A stretch of 64,000 nucleotides of DNA from Convolutriloba macropyga (lineage: Eukaryota). Position 1 is the stretch's first letter, and each line of letters begins with the position of its first letter. Below the pieces are notes generated by a model, which saw only the letters and a program-made list of their open reading frames with translations, was not told where the DNA came from and searched no databases. Shown piece by piece: positions 33,415 through 46,523 of this stretch. The translations under genes and the position numbers were made by a program. The stretch is from contig NC_134473.1 in assembly GCF_964194025.1 (NCBI RefSeq), positions 3,782,001 through 3,846,000 of the forward strand, in the 5' to 3' direction.

Positions 33415-36400
33415 CTTTTTTTTTGATTGATTGATTGATTTAAATTCAGATGGTAGATGATACAGAGCATTTTATACAGAATATTAAGTTTAATCCAATT
33501 ACCACCTTGGACACCATACGAGTCAAATGACTCTACAAAAGGTGCCCAGAGAAAAAACGTGCAATACCTAAAAAAAACAAATCGAAAACATCTTTATTAT
33601 CCAAATAATATGCCCTAAGTTTAGTTCGAATCGAAAAAATCTGTTCTTTAGATATTTGTTTGGGTAATAGACTTTCTTTAGCAAGGTAGTTGAACATTTT
33701 TATTATTGAAAATCTCAAGGATTTCTTCTGAGTCTCTGTTTTAAATTTTGGTAAAGGGATGAGTGACTTAATGGATGCCCGCGTGTTCGGCCTGTTACTT
33801 TCAACATCAAGAAAATTCAAAGGAGAAATTTTTGCAATCTGATCCAGGATCTCTTTTACAAGAGCGTCAAAATATAAGTCAAAAACTGACAGCACGTTGT
33901 AACGCTTGAAAAGATAGCATACATGGTCTCCTCTCTTTTTGAAAAAGATAGTCTTTAAAATGCGTTTTTGTAGACAGAAAATCGAACTGAGTTTTGTTTT
34001 TTTTTGCGGAACCGTAAGCTAAAATGCCGTACGATATCATTGGTTTGCAATAACTATTATACATTTGTAATAAAGTTTTCGTAAAAAAGTTTCTTGCTCG
34101 GAACAGCATTCCATTGAATTTTGCTAATTTTTTGCCAACATATTCAATGTGTAGATCAAAATTGAGATGCTTATCTATGAACACTTCTAGATATTTGAAT
34201 GAATTTACTTCTTCAAGCACTTCGCCTGATAGCAGATTTTTTGATTTTTGTACATTCCGGCCAAAACCAACAATTTTACATTTCTTACTGTTAATGACAA
34301 GTTTGTTTCTTAAGGACCAATTTTCAATCTTTTTCAAGTCATTATTGAGCTTTTCCTCAATTTCCAAATTATTGCCTGATGTTAAAATTGTTGTGTCCTT
34401 TGCAAAAAGTGCTATTTTTGAATTATCTTGAACAATTTGAGGCAGATCATTGATAAACAAAAGAAACAGCAACGGGCCCAAAATTGATCCCTGTGGAACA
34501 CCTACATTAATTTCCATTTTTTTCGACTCTTTTGATCCGTGGACTACAATTTGTTTTCTATCTGACAGGAATGAAGCAATGAGTGTACTAATTTTTCCTC
34601 GAAAGCCTAGATTTTGTAATTTTTTTTATCAGAATTGAATGATCAATTGTGTCAAATGCCTTTTGAAAGTCAATGAAGTAAGCGAAACCCATTTTTTGTG
34701 AGTCAATAACATTTCGCATCAGTTCTGTAACTGATGCGATAGCGTGTGTGCATGAGCGTTTTGGCCGGAAACCGAACTGTTCGTTTGAGAGAAGTTGATG
34801 TTTTTCGAGGAATTCAACCATTCTTGTATTCAAAACTTTTTCATACACTTTGCTTAGGCATGACAATAGACTAATTGGTCGATAGTTTGAAGGGTTTTCA
34901 AAACTTCCATTTTTATGTAGATGAATTACCTTAGCTGTTTTAAGACAAACCGGAAAAAACCCTTCCTGAATGCTCCTATTTATCAGCTTAGCCACATGAT
35001 AGCTAACTACAGAAGCTACAAGTTTTAAAAGTTTATTACTAATTCCATCATGACCCGCTGTGCTTTTGTTTTCTAATGAACTTATTATGTTGAATATTTC
35101 AATAGTGTTGACGGGAAATAAAAAAAAAGTTTTGTCGTGACATGGTAAACCTGGCTCACTGTCTACATTGTGAAAATTTGTGTTACTCACTTTCTTCCTT
35201 ACGTTGATAAAAAAGTGATTAAATTCTTCCACAACAATGTCTTTTACTGATTTTTTCCTTTGCCCTAGGAATTCTTTGAACACTTTAAATTTTTGTGCTG
35301 GACTACCTGATAAAGACAGTTTTTGATCACAGTGTTGTTTGCGAGCATTTCGCACTTCATTTGTTACTAAATTACCTAAATGTTTGAACCGGACTTCATT
35401 TTTACTATTTGGGTGAGATATGAGTGTATCATGTGCCCGATCTCTCTTGCTAATGAGATTCTTTAACCTGCTTGTCATCCAACTGTTTTTGAAGATTTTC
35501 TTCTTCGTAATTGGACATTTATCATCAAAAATTTGTAGAATGATTGAACTTAGTTCACACCATGAACTTTCAAGATCATAATTATTCATCTTGTTTAATC
35601 TATGTTGGAGAATGAAGAGGAAATTCAAATAATTCTGTTCATTCTCAAAAAATTTAAAATCACGACTGTAATAAAATTCATTAGATTGAGAGCTAGAGCC
35701 TGAAAAATCAAATTCATAAATTAGAGCGTAATGATCGCTGAAAGACCATTTCAGGGTTGATACTTCTTTCGATTGTTTTGACAAAATATGATCGATACAT
35801 TTGCTCGTGAACTTAGTTACTCTTGTAGGTTTTGCGTTTTGCATTTCATAATTAAATGAATTGATCAAGTTTTGGTACTGATATGCATCAGAGATATCAA
35901 TATTAAAGTCACCACAAATAATAGTTTCCTCTTTCATCGCGTTTATTTTGAACAATAAACTTTCAAAAGTCTCAAGGAAATTTTGATTTTTTTCCGAGGG
36001 AGGCCTGTATAGAACACAGAAATTTATTCGCTTTTTTCCGCTCTCTATGGATAGGAGTAGATGTTCCAGATTTTCTTCAAAAAAGAAATTAGATATTATC
36101 TTACAATCTTCTCGTACAAAAAAGCCAACGCCTCCTTTTTTGTCGTTTCTATTTTTTACTATCAATGTTTGATACCCTGTTATGAAATACATATCTATGG
36201 GATCGTTATCAGTGAGTCAGGTTTCGCATACAGCTATTACAGCTGGTTTGGTTTTGAGGGTTTCTAGTTGACAGCACAGTTGGTCATGATGGGATCTTAG
36301 GGATTGCACGTTTATAAACAAAAGCGTTTTCGAGTGTTTATCCATTTCCAAGTAATAGATGATTGTCCAATTACTTGATATTAAAACTGTTACGAAAACA

Positions 36401-37260
36401 CGAAGTCGAAAAGGAAGTGTACACTGCGCCTGTTTTTTTTAAGCCGCGTTATTTAATGTTTGGACAATCATCTATTGGGTGGAGTATTAATGTCATTAAG
36501 TTTTTTTCCAGCTGGTGTTTCTCCCATATGATAAATATCGTCAGAATTATCAATTTCAATTACATCGCCAGGTCGTTTGTTTCGTCGCTGATTTGACAAT
36601 TGGTTAGTATTCCAATTGTTGGCTTGGTTGCGTTGATTAGGAGATATTTTCTTGATTGCCCGTGATTCAAGATCTTCAACTGCTTTAACACTATCAACAG
36701 GCTGTGTTACACGCCCATTCTCAGTTTTTAAAAACAGTTTTACTCTACGGTTGTAGGTCGTGGTGACCAAATCCAGCTCGTTAGCGCGCTTTTGAATAGC
36801 CAAATCATGTTGGGGGAGACGTTCTTTCATATATACGGGTTTACCATTTAGTGGGTTCCTAAAATTTGCGAGCATTGGTCGACGATTGTATAATTCAATT
36901 TTATCGTTGTAGTAAATAAACTTGACAATTACCGCAGGGGGGGGGGGGTGTTACCTTTCCAAATACCCAAGGGATGACAGGCTTTGATTGCGTCCGGAGA
37001 CATCGAATAATTCAAGCATGTCTTTGGAACTATACCGCTCCAATTGAATCACTCTGGATTCCAGTTCGGTAACTTGGTTAGTCAGAGAAACTATTTGGTC
37101 GTCTTTTTCAATAAGTTTTTTATGGAAATAAGTAGGAATGTTTCGCATTTTTTCGTCAGTAATTGAACAAATTTCAGATTCGAACGCGAATTTGGCCATG
37201 ATTTTTACGTAAGCAGTGCAATAGTTTCAATTCAGTTCATGAATTAGTAAGCGACTGTTT
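33415..37260 (-). mobile_element. Near full-length CR1/L2-group LINE (ORF1 plus APE-RT ORF2), inactivated
   Basis: ORF1 pieces at 36951-37199 and 36468-36875. ORF2 starts at ATG 36345 (INVQSL, VCET*, YRPP, GDFNID, SDH, NYRPISLL, DFQKAFD, GVPQGSILGP) and runs with a stop and frameshifts to 33533. The 3' tail is (CAAT)n plus poly(A) at ~33415-33440. Confidence 0.93.
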
Positions 37261-37449
37261 TCAAACGTTGCTCTTTTGTGTGCTGAGATTTAATTAACTT
37301 TTTCTCATGTTTTGGATAATTATCCTTCATTGTGAAAAATAAAAATTTAATGCTGAAAATTGTCCCTCGTTTCCACACAACGTAAAATTTGCCTTTTCAT
37401 TGACCACAAAACTAAGCAAGACAAAACATTCGGGAGAGTACAAAACTTT

Positions 37450-38276
37450 CCCCAGTCGAGAACAGATGGTTATCTTGCACGATTCTGCCAGAATCTTGCA
37501 AACACTGCCTATCTTGCAAGATCTGCCAGAAAAGCAGTTATCTTGCAAGATTCATGAAAAAGCCCTCCGGTCGAGCTGTCCTCTTAATGACTCTCATGCA
37601 ACACATTTCATTTTGAGCAGAAATCAACTTAAAAATCAGTTGCGTGTTTTTTTAAAAAATAACAATTTTAAATCTGGAAATTTGAATCATCTGAAGAAAA
37701 CAAATTAAAATGCCTTTGAGACCTGTTAACACAATAAATTACTATAAAAAACCATTTTCCTTCAAATTTATCATGATTTACAAAACTACACGTCTAGATT
37801 ATCTTTTCTGATGAAAAATTGTGATATTATTTTTTGCATCTTAATTAGCTTCCTTAACGCTTAAGTTTTCTCGCCACTGCCCAAAAAATGTGATTATTCA
37901 CGGCTTGCCATTTTTTTGAGCTTCGATGGACTTTAGAAGAGCTTTTGCGCAAATCTCTTGCTGTCAGAATAACTCTCTTTAATCAACTCATTTTGTAGGA
38001 TCTTTGCAAAAAAGTGGATATATTAGAGGATTCTGACAGAGAAATGATTATCTTGTAAGATTCTGAAAGAAAAATGGTTATCTTGCAAAATTCTGGCAAA
38101 AAATGGTTATCTTGCAAGTTTCTGGCAGAAAAATGCTTATCTTGCATGTTTCTGGCAGAATGAATGGTTGTCTTGCAAGATTCTGGCAGAAATCTTGCAA
38201 AATTATGCATAATCTTGGAAGATTCTGGCAGAATCTGCCAGAATCTTGCAAGATAACCATTCGAAATCGACTGGGG
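37450..38276. mobile_element. Non-autonomous DNA transposon with CCCCAGTCGA TIRs and subterminal repeats (CACTA/foldback-like)
   Basis: CCCCAGTCGA...TCGACTGGGG termini, plus arrays of ATCTTGCAAGATTCTGGCAGA-like subrepeats at 37458-37555 and ~38000-38260. TSD is unclear. Confidence 0.7.
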
Positions 38277-39056
38277 TCTATTCTTGCCCATTTAAGAGGC
38301 CCGTTGCACAAAACGGGCGAAAAATTTTCCTTGCTGGTGACAATCAACAAAAAAATTGCTTCTCTAGAGTATTTACTATCAAAAACTTTTCACCCAGGAC
38401 CTAACGGCGAGCAATATTGGTACAAGGCACGTTGAATTGCAATTCTTATGTGAGTACCGTTTGATCGTATGATCATCGCACTTTTTAAACTTAGCGGTCT
38501 AAATGCAAGTCACTTCGTGCCTGTTTAAATGCAAGTCTTGGCCTAGAAGTGCAAGTCAAAATGCAAGTCATGATGCAAATTAGTTACAATAATAAATACT
38601 ATCACCAAAGACACTTCCGATGCAGAAGCCAATGCACTTTGAAAAATCTGTCCGCAGGTGAGCTGAGGGAATGCAACAGCTGCTTTTTTACGATTTCTCC
38701 TCGGCTGGAAATTGACATTTCAACACTCTGAAAATTTTATCGAAATAATTAATTTTGTGGCGAACGTCGAGCCAAAGCGGACAGACACTACTGACAACCA
38801 GCCCATTACTGGGACTCCTGATCCGGGGTGCTAGTTTATCATTGTGAACATCGCATTCTGCAAATTTTTTTTACTGTGGCTGCTTTTCTGACAGGTACTG
38901 GTAATTGTTCTCAAAAATCAGAATTAAACAAAGCTAAAGTCTCGATTTATCCTGGATTGCGGTGGATGCGTTAGCTATTATTTGGAGAAAATTTTGCCGC
39001 CCCTTTCCTTCGCTTACACCGACAACCTCTTAACTTTTTGAACGGATTAATTTCAG

Positions 39057-40058
39057 ATTATGAATCTAAGATACGAATGACAAGGGTAAAATACACCGCA
39101 CATTTATCAATCAAGAATGGAAATTGTGCAACCCGTAAACCCATTTTAGTTACACAAATTGGCTAATATTTTGGGTCTTTTCTCGAAGCGGTGAGCGTGC
39201 ATTCACACAATGTAATTACCGCATTTCTTACTTTTTGGCAAATAGTTGACGATAATTTTTCGACGTGAAAGATGCCTCCTGGTATAGTTTAGTTAGAGCA
39301 CTTACTGGAACAAATTTTGACCTTGGTTGTTTTTTATGACCTGACGACCCTGCTGGCTACTGGTTGGGCTACAGAAGGAAGCAAAAGGCACCTTTAGAGC
39401 AGCCAGGGGATGTGTACACAAATGCAGTGAAACAGATCCGAGAAGACAAGAGTCTCTTCACAGAGTACGCTAGACCAGGTTACATCATGCCAGACATCTG
39501 GAGAAATGGACAGCCAGGTACGACAGAAATTTCTCTTAGGTTTAAGGACGTTTTTTCCTTGGAAATTGTCATCGACGCACTTGGGTTGGGGACAGGAAGA
39601 GGGGTTCAGACCCAACAGTCCGTCATGAGGTTTTTGGACAGACCGAAAGACCAAAATTGAATTATTGGCCAGGCCAGATGGGAGGCGTTGGCGAGCGGAA
39701 CTTTTTCCAGACCATTGAGTTGGGTCGTATTGGCCCCCTGTCCGCGACCTCAGTTATCTAGATAGTCATGGTGGGATGTGAAAATTTGCAAAGTAATTGA
39801 AATGGCGTCAAAGCTTTAATGGTTTTGTAAGTAGTAAGACTTCCAATAATTACGCAAGTACAAATAAACTTCGATTTTATAAATGTTGATTGTGGCCAAG
39901 TTTTAGGGGACCAAACAGACAAAAGAGACGAGAGGTGTACAGCTCAGAAGAAACCAGGAAACTTCTACTTCATAGGAGCTGATGACTACGCGTGTGCCAG
40001 ACGACAACTCCACTACGTTATATGCGAGTCACCCTTATGGTCCAGACTTAGAGGGTGA
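39057..40058 (+). pseudogene. C-type-lectin-like pseudogene (exons ~39057-39517 and 39907-40058)
   Basis: The spliced frame reads GYWLGYRR...WRNGQP|GDQTDKRDERC...GADDYAC..LHYVICE...RG*, with a GT-AG intron at 39518-39906. In-frame stops upstream at 39136, 39247, 39253 and 39337. Confidence 0.7.
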
Positions 40059-40650
40059 TCAAACTCAAAATAATCTTGATCTTGTAGCTAGGACAGGTCA
40101 ATTTATGACCAGATAATAGCTTACATGTATGTGCTGTGGTTGACAATTTATGAAAATTACGGCCATTTGTGGCAATAACATATGGACATTGTTTTGAAAG
40201 CAATATCTTTAAAAACGTTTTGCAGATAATTGAAATTGTTGAACAAGCATTTTTAAACTATAATTTAACTGTTAAATCGAAACAAGCAGGCGCGGTAATG
40301 TGCGTTAGCATATATTGTTTGGACCTCGTTCAACCACAATTTTGACTTAAACTTTCGAAAAGTCAGTGTTCAACAATAAACACTGAATGAAAAATTAATG
40401 CCGGATTAGAGGGCCGAGGAAACCTGCCATTAGTTAGACTACGAGTCAAAATACGTAAGTCAAATAAAACAAACATTACACTCAAAGCTCGATGTCTGTA
40501 TTTAAAACAAAGCAACAAAAAGAGTGGCATCAGATAGACGTATCTGAGAACTGTACTTAAGGAGTCTCCGTAACAATTCGAAAAAAAGGCTACAGAACAG
40601 TAAAAGTTCAAAAAGTTTAAAAAATAAGTTGGCATTTTTGAAAACCAATA

Positions 40651-40840
40651 TTTTCTGAATGATTAAAACGATTAGGTATCAACTGAAATTAGAAGGATTT
40701 TCTGAATGATTAAAACGATTAGGTATCAACTGAAATTAGAAGGATTTTCTGAAGGATTAAAACGATTAGGTATCAACTGAAATTAGAAGGATTTTCTGAA
40801 GGATTAAAACGATTAGGTATCAACTGAAATTAGAAGGATT
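40651..40840. repeat. 47-bp minisatellite x4
   Basis: TTTTCTGAA(T/G)GATTAAAACGATTAGGTATCAACTGAAATTAGAAGGA occurs four times. Confidence 0.95.
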
Positions 40841-40939
40841 AGAAAGACCTCTTGAATTGTAATTGAGGAAACATTGAGGAGGTTTATGCCTCCTCAGGAA
40901 GCAATGCAGGCTTGTCATTAAGCAGATTATCATACGACT

Positions 40940-41900
40940 ACAAAACGAAAGCGAAGAACACAAAATCTCCCGAAAAAAAACACAAATCGGCATGAATTCA
41001 AATTAGCACTCGTTACAACGATAACCTATTCACTGAGAACATTAAATAGGTTTAATTGCGCAATCTTTCAATGCTAATGTGATCTCCCCATTAGTGATAT
41101 TGTGGCAAGGAAAGAAAGAACAACCTCAAACATTAGCACATCCAAAATTGCATTAAACAAATGAAAATGGGTGGTATCAAAGCAACGAAACCGTTAGTTG
41201 AAAGAATGCACGACCTGTCCTTAAGGACTAGTATACCTATTGACAGAAGGATGGAAAGTGATGGAAAGTGAAACACGAACTTCCATAAAAATCATTAGCT
41301 TGGAAGTAAAAAAACCGTTCGAATTGCACCTCCGTATGGATCCAATTAAGTTTGTTATTGATGAGACCAAGGCACAAAAACTACAAAAAGCACTCAAAGC
41401 AGACAAAACTCAGTTTAGCAAACAGTTTTATAACAACTTATACAATATGATCAATGTATTTTACTTCTTCACTGGGGCCTCATTTGTTAATCAATGTGTT
41501 CTCTTTGTAGAGATTCTATGTGAAAAAAGACAAGAAATTGAACAGTATTAAATCTCATGAAAAAACAAAGACCTAAAGTTATGAATTAACAATTATAGCG
41601 AACAGAAAAAATTTTGGTACGGCAAAAACAGATAACTGTCAATAATGAGACTAAGTTAGATGATGGCAAAACTCGAAATCAAAAAGAAATTGTCAATAAT
41701 CCTTTCATTTTTAAAATATTTCATCTGAAAGTCATTAAAACTCTTGGCTGTATTATGAAATTATTGATTTGGTTCATTTATACTTCAAAAAAAGCCTTTG
41801 AGATCCTTCATGATATAGAGGCTTTTGAACGACTACAGAAAAAACAACATTTATTGAAAAATAAAAACCTGAAGATATTTACCAAAGAACAATAAAAATG
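40940..41900 (+). mobile_element. Degenerate L1/Tx1-like LINE ORF2 C-terminal remnant
   Basis: A-rich broken ORFs. ILWQGK...GGIK and KLLIWFIY resemble the post-RT region of L1/Tx1 elements. Confidence 0.45.
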
Positions 41901-43811
41901 TTCCATTGGGAATGCTTCATACGTCGATTTAAACTGTCATTCTCAAGGTAACAAAAATGAACCTCAATTTTGGGTAAACCTGTAGAAATCACATTTCATT
42001 TTGTACCTCTGAAATATCAAAACCCAGAAAATATTAGTTTATAATGCCGCTTAAAAAATTAAATTTCAACGCACATCAAGCCAATATCAATTTGTCGTTC
42101 ATAAGACTAAGCTGCAAGTTCACAGATGTTTGATATAAAGAATGCCGTGTTTAAAAGTTCACTGAAAATTTCTAACAAACATACAACGGCATAAGAGCTA
42201 TTAGATTTCAAATTAAACAAAGCATAATTTTTACTTGTAACAGTTGAAGATGCCGATTGGATTTTTTGCAGGTTGAGACTTAGTCATGGGATTGAAAAAA
42301 AGAATGAAATGTGCAGGCGAACCACAAGAATTTATTTTGATTTTTCGAAAACACTTACTTCCTTAAGGCATTGAAAAAACAAAAGCTAATGTTATGTTCG
42401 TGTGAGCTTAATTTCATTGAGGTAGACTTGGGTTAATTGAATTTTAATTTAAGATCTTTTTGTTCACTAATTAACATTAAAAATATGCAAAGACATTTTG
42501 AAAAAAAATTGCACCTAAATACAATCTGAACATTTTTTATTGTAGTAGTCCACAGAGGGAACAAAATTAGCCCTGATATAGCTGCGCTTCCTAATAAAAA
42601 TACATTATTGTTTGAAATAATTATGGAATTGATAATTTGGCAAATGAAAATTTCCAAAAAAATCGAAAATCATGGATTTTTGATGCATATCGGGATAAGT
42701 TAGCAGAAAACCTTCAACGTTTTAACTCAAGAAGACTTATATGAAAACGGAGAAAAAATGGACAACTTTTGGATTTCACAAGGACAAAGTTTTAAGGCCT
42801 CTACTACTGGCAGACTTTGGCTCCATTTCTGACTTGGCTCATTAGAAAGTTCGAAATTCGAGAAAAATTTAGCACTTGAAAAGAAAAACCAATAACAATC
42901 ATTTGCAAATTTCAGCAAAAGTATTGAAAAATTTGGCTAAGATTACGGAAATTGTCTACAGAATTAACGGTCTAGTATTCACAAAGTTTTAATTCTTAAT
43001 AAACCCCCGGAAAAAACGAAGTTCAAAAAAGATGTTTTCAACTATATATTCCACGCTGGACGGGCTTTTTAATGATACCACTCAAAACTGTCTACGATGA
43101 ATATATCGATCGGCGATAATTGCCTGAACAAAAAAGACAAAAAGAAAACTGAGCGAGGATATGGTTCCTTCCTAACACTAATTTGGGGTCGGAACAACTA
43201 GGGCAAGGAAATCGCCTTGGCTGCAATTTGTTTTGACTTCATCAGAGTCGTGTTGAAGCAATTCAACAGAAAGTAAATGAATACGGTAATTGAGAGAAAC
43301 AGAGAATACCAGAGCGAAGTTATGTCTAAAATACAAAAATTTTATTGTCAGTTCCTGAATTTCTTACAACAATGTTTCAGTCGTCGGTTATATATAAATT
43401 TTGTGAAAAATGAAGCTCAAAGATATGGAGAATCATATGAAACCAACGTTGATTAGCATAAATCCGTTCATTAGGTTCACAGAATCTGTAGATAATAAAG
43501 AAATTAAGCGACTATTTAATTCTGATGTTTTTCGAAACATGGTATGACCATATACAAACCATTCACTTTTTTTCATCTTACTGACCAGAAAAAAAATCAA
43601 ACCGATTTTCGCCGATAACAAGTTTGCGCGAGAAAAAATGATAGCAGTTGATTCATTAGGCTGTCATAAAAATTTCCCCAAATGACAGTCCGGAGAAAAT
43701 TACAATTCATCTCGGAAAACCAACCTTTCTAAATAAAGCGATAATTAAATTAGTCTCAAATTTCATTAGCACTTTTTGGAGTTGTTTCAACCGCTTATGT
43801 TTTGAAAAGTT

Positions 43812-44997
43812 TATTACAGCTGCTCATATATCAATGACCTGAGAAGCTTTACACCGCCCAGTTCTTTTCAAAGGTTTCAAAACTGCTCGGATATTAAGCT
43901 TTTGAATTTAACATTTTTGAACTGTATCATCTGCTACACTGTAAATTACCATTGCAATAATTGATGTTCAATAAGTCCCAATAACTAATCTTTAAGCTTT
44001 GTTGTTCAACAAACTTGTTTCAAACTAAAATTCAAATTGAAACAAAATCAATTTTTGTTCTCAATGATATCTCACAAAACGAAATAAACTCTAAATCCAT
44101 TGAAATCTAGCCCTATATTTCGGCAATTGCTATGCGAAGCTTCAGCACTACAACGATTAGAACCAGTTAGAAACACTAAATTTAACTGACGAACAGAAAT
44201 TTTTCCAACGTTGCTGTTAGCATGTCTCTCGATTGGTTTTAATAACAACAATGTCGAACGAGAACAATATTCACTTAATCCAGTAAAGGAAACTGTGCAC
44301 AAAGATTTTCTATCTCACTGAGGAAATATGTTCCATTAGAGGAAAGATTTAGAATGTCAAAGGTAATTCTTTTTCCAAAAAGCCAAAGTTAAGTTAAGCT
44401 GCATAATCACTAAAATGATCTAATGGAGCAAGAGACATTAAGAAGGAGATAACCCATCGAGAAAAATGCTTCAATGTGCACTGTCAGTTTAACATGACGA
44501 AATTAACGACCTTCAACTGATCCGTTTCAAGCCCTTTTTATGCTACTAGTTGTGTTGTTTCACATTTCAAAGTTGCGTTTTTGATCGGCTGTAGAGAAAT
44601 ATTTAATCAGAATGAGAAAGATTTCTCCATAACGCCACTTTTTTCGGTTTAAATCAAAGTCATAGAAAGTGAGTTAACCACACAGAAATTTAGTTGAATA
44701 ATTTATCAATAACAGTTCGGTTCACAAACCAATCGTAGGGAATCAGATGCAATTTGGTAATAAATTGTCTCCAAGTTGCCTGTACGTTGCATTACTGGTT
44801 TACTGATGTTGAATGTAATTCAAGTTTGAGTCTCATTTTCACTTCTTGCATGGTAATCAAGTACTTGCATGTGAACAAATTAAATTGTCTTCAATAAAAT
44901 TTTGAATTGAAGTTTGCTTGCCAAGTTGTTCTAACGTCACTGCTTGTTTTGACCTTGAATTCATTTGTTTATTCATTTAAAAAGCTGGGCCTTAACA
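43812..44997. mobile_element. Diverged relative of the solo LTR at 53181-54013 (probable old solo LTR)
   Basis: The first ~150 bp align with 53181-53330 (CTGCTC...TTTACACCGCCCAGTT...AACTGTAT). The right end and TSD are uncertain. Confidence 0.4.
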
Positions 44998-46523
44998 TGT
45001 TTCAAATTTGAGTTCCTTGACCCACCTTCTGGACAACTATGCTTAAGAGAAACTGACGATTAAACAAATGTGGTTGGATACAATTTTATCGTCCGTTTTT
45101 TTTACTTAAAATCACTTGAATTCATAATTTCACCTTTCAGTTTACCCAGCTATAATAAAATACACGAAGAGCATAGAGTTAAAGTCAAATCATGGTAGAG
45201 AAAAGCCTCTTCAAGTTTTTTTTCTTTGGCGCAGAGAAAAACACTAATGGCAAGCTGTTTCATATGCGGAATTTTTGTAACATCCGCTAATGTATTATTT
45301 CTTTGCGCCTAAACACGAAAACATTCAAAGACTGTTAATTGTCCCAAGATTTGCCAAAAATTTTTTTGGGAGTGAAGTCAATCGTATATAAGGTCAAAAT
45401 ACAACATCAAAAGGCCGTCTCAGAAGTCATGAAACTCGTTAAGAAAAGTGCTCCCTGCCGAATTATTTGTTGTTTCTTTTCTGAGTGACCAAAATTCTGG
45501 TAACCAAGCTGATCTTTGCAATGTAAAATGTTCAAGTTAAATGGTTTGTTCTTGTTTTGGTGATTAAATTGAATCGTTAACTTCAGGGTCGAACTTAGTT
45601 CGAAAAAAACAGCAAAACCTAATTCGTCAAAAACTTAATCGAGCAAAAATTAAGTTAATTTTAATTTAGAGTTTGAATTTTACCGTTCAATTTAATTTAG
45701 AGTTTGAATTATTAGAGTTTCAATTTAAAATTTTAATTGAGTTGAACCAATTTTTTTTTATCGGGGTCAGTTTGTCCCTCAATTGCTCATACACTTTATT
45801 CGCACCTTAATTTTTATCTCTAAAATCTGCAATCACATTTGCGTCACTGCTCCGTATTATTTACTTCTGACTAAAACTACATCATTTTGTCCGGATCTTA
45901 CGCAAATTTCCTACTAGATGGTATTCATCCAGATACTAATTATGAGCAGCGAAACCCACACAGTTTTCTTGTCCACTGTCCACTAATAACCATTTTTCAA
46001 TCACGCATTGTGACAGTCATCTTAGGCTTCTTAACACAACTAACTAACTAACCATTATTTTCGTTGCCTACTAAACCCAGCGTTCGGGTTTTCTTTTTTA
46101 TCTATTGACGACTGAGCAGGTGCTTGCAACTGAAATTCAAAATTAGGTAAAAAAAATTAATCACTTCAACATATGTATGGTTGATATGGGCAAAAAGGCT
46201 ATAATTTTTGATAGGTAACTCTTTACTTCAGCAAGACGAAAACTAAAATAGAACCCATGCAAATCGGGAAAATTTAAGCTTACAGGTGAGTTGTTTGGAT
46301 TGAATGGATTTCAAAGTTCGTCACCGATGTCTTCGGAACTTATTCATGGGGTCTAAAAAGAGAGCGATCAATTTAGTATGTTAATTCGTTAACCGAAATT
46401 TATTTTATTATAAGTTTATAAGAACTGTTGTCTTATTTTTCAAACAATTTAACTTCCAATTTGTATTATTTAATTTCATTGGTTGATGCTGAAATGGTTG
46501 AAAAAAGTGACACAATAACATCT

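Noticed and set aside
37327-38435. Several overlapping repetitive ORFs
   Set aside because: By-products of stop-poor subterminal repeats of a DNA element.
39121-39340. Alternative genetic code or selenocysteine explaining the in-frame stops
   Set aside because: The stops are a mix of TAA and TGA, and neighbouring genes read normally in the standard code. Pseudogenisation is simpler.
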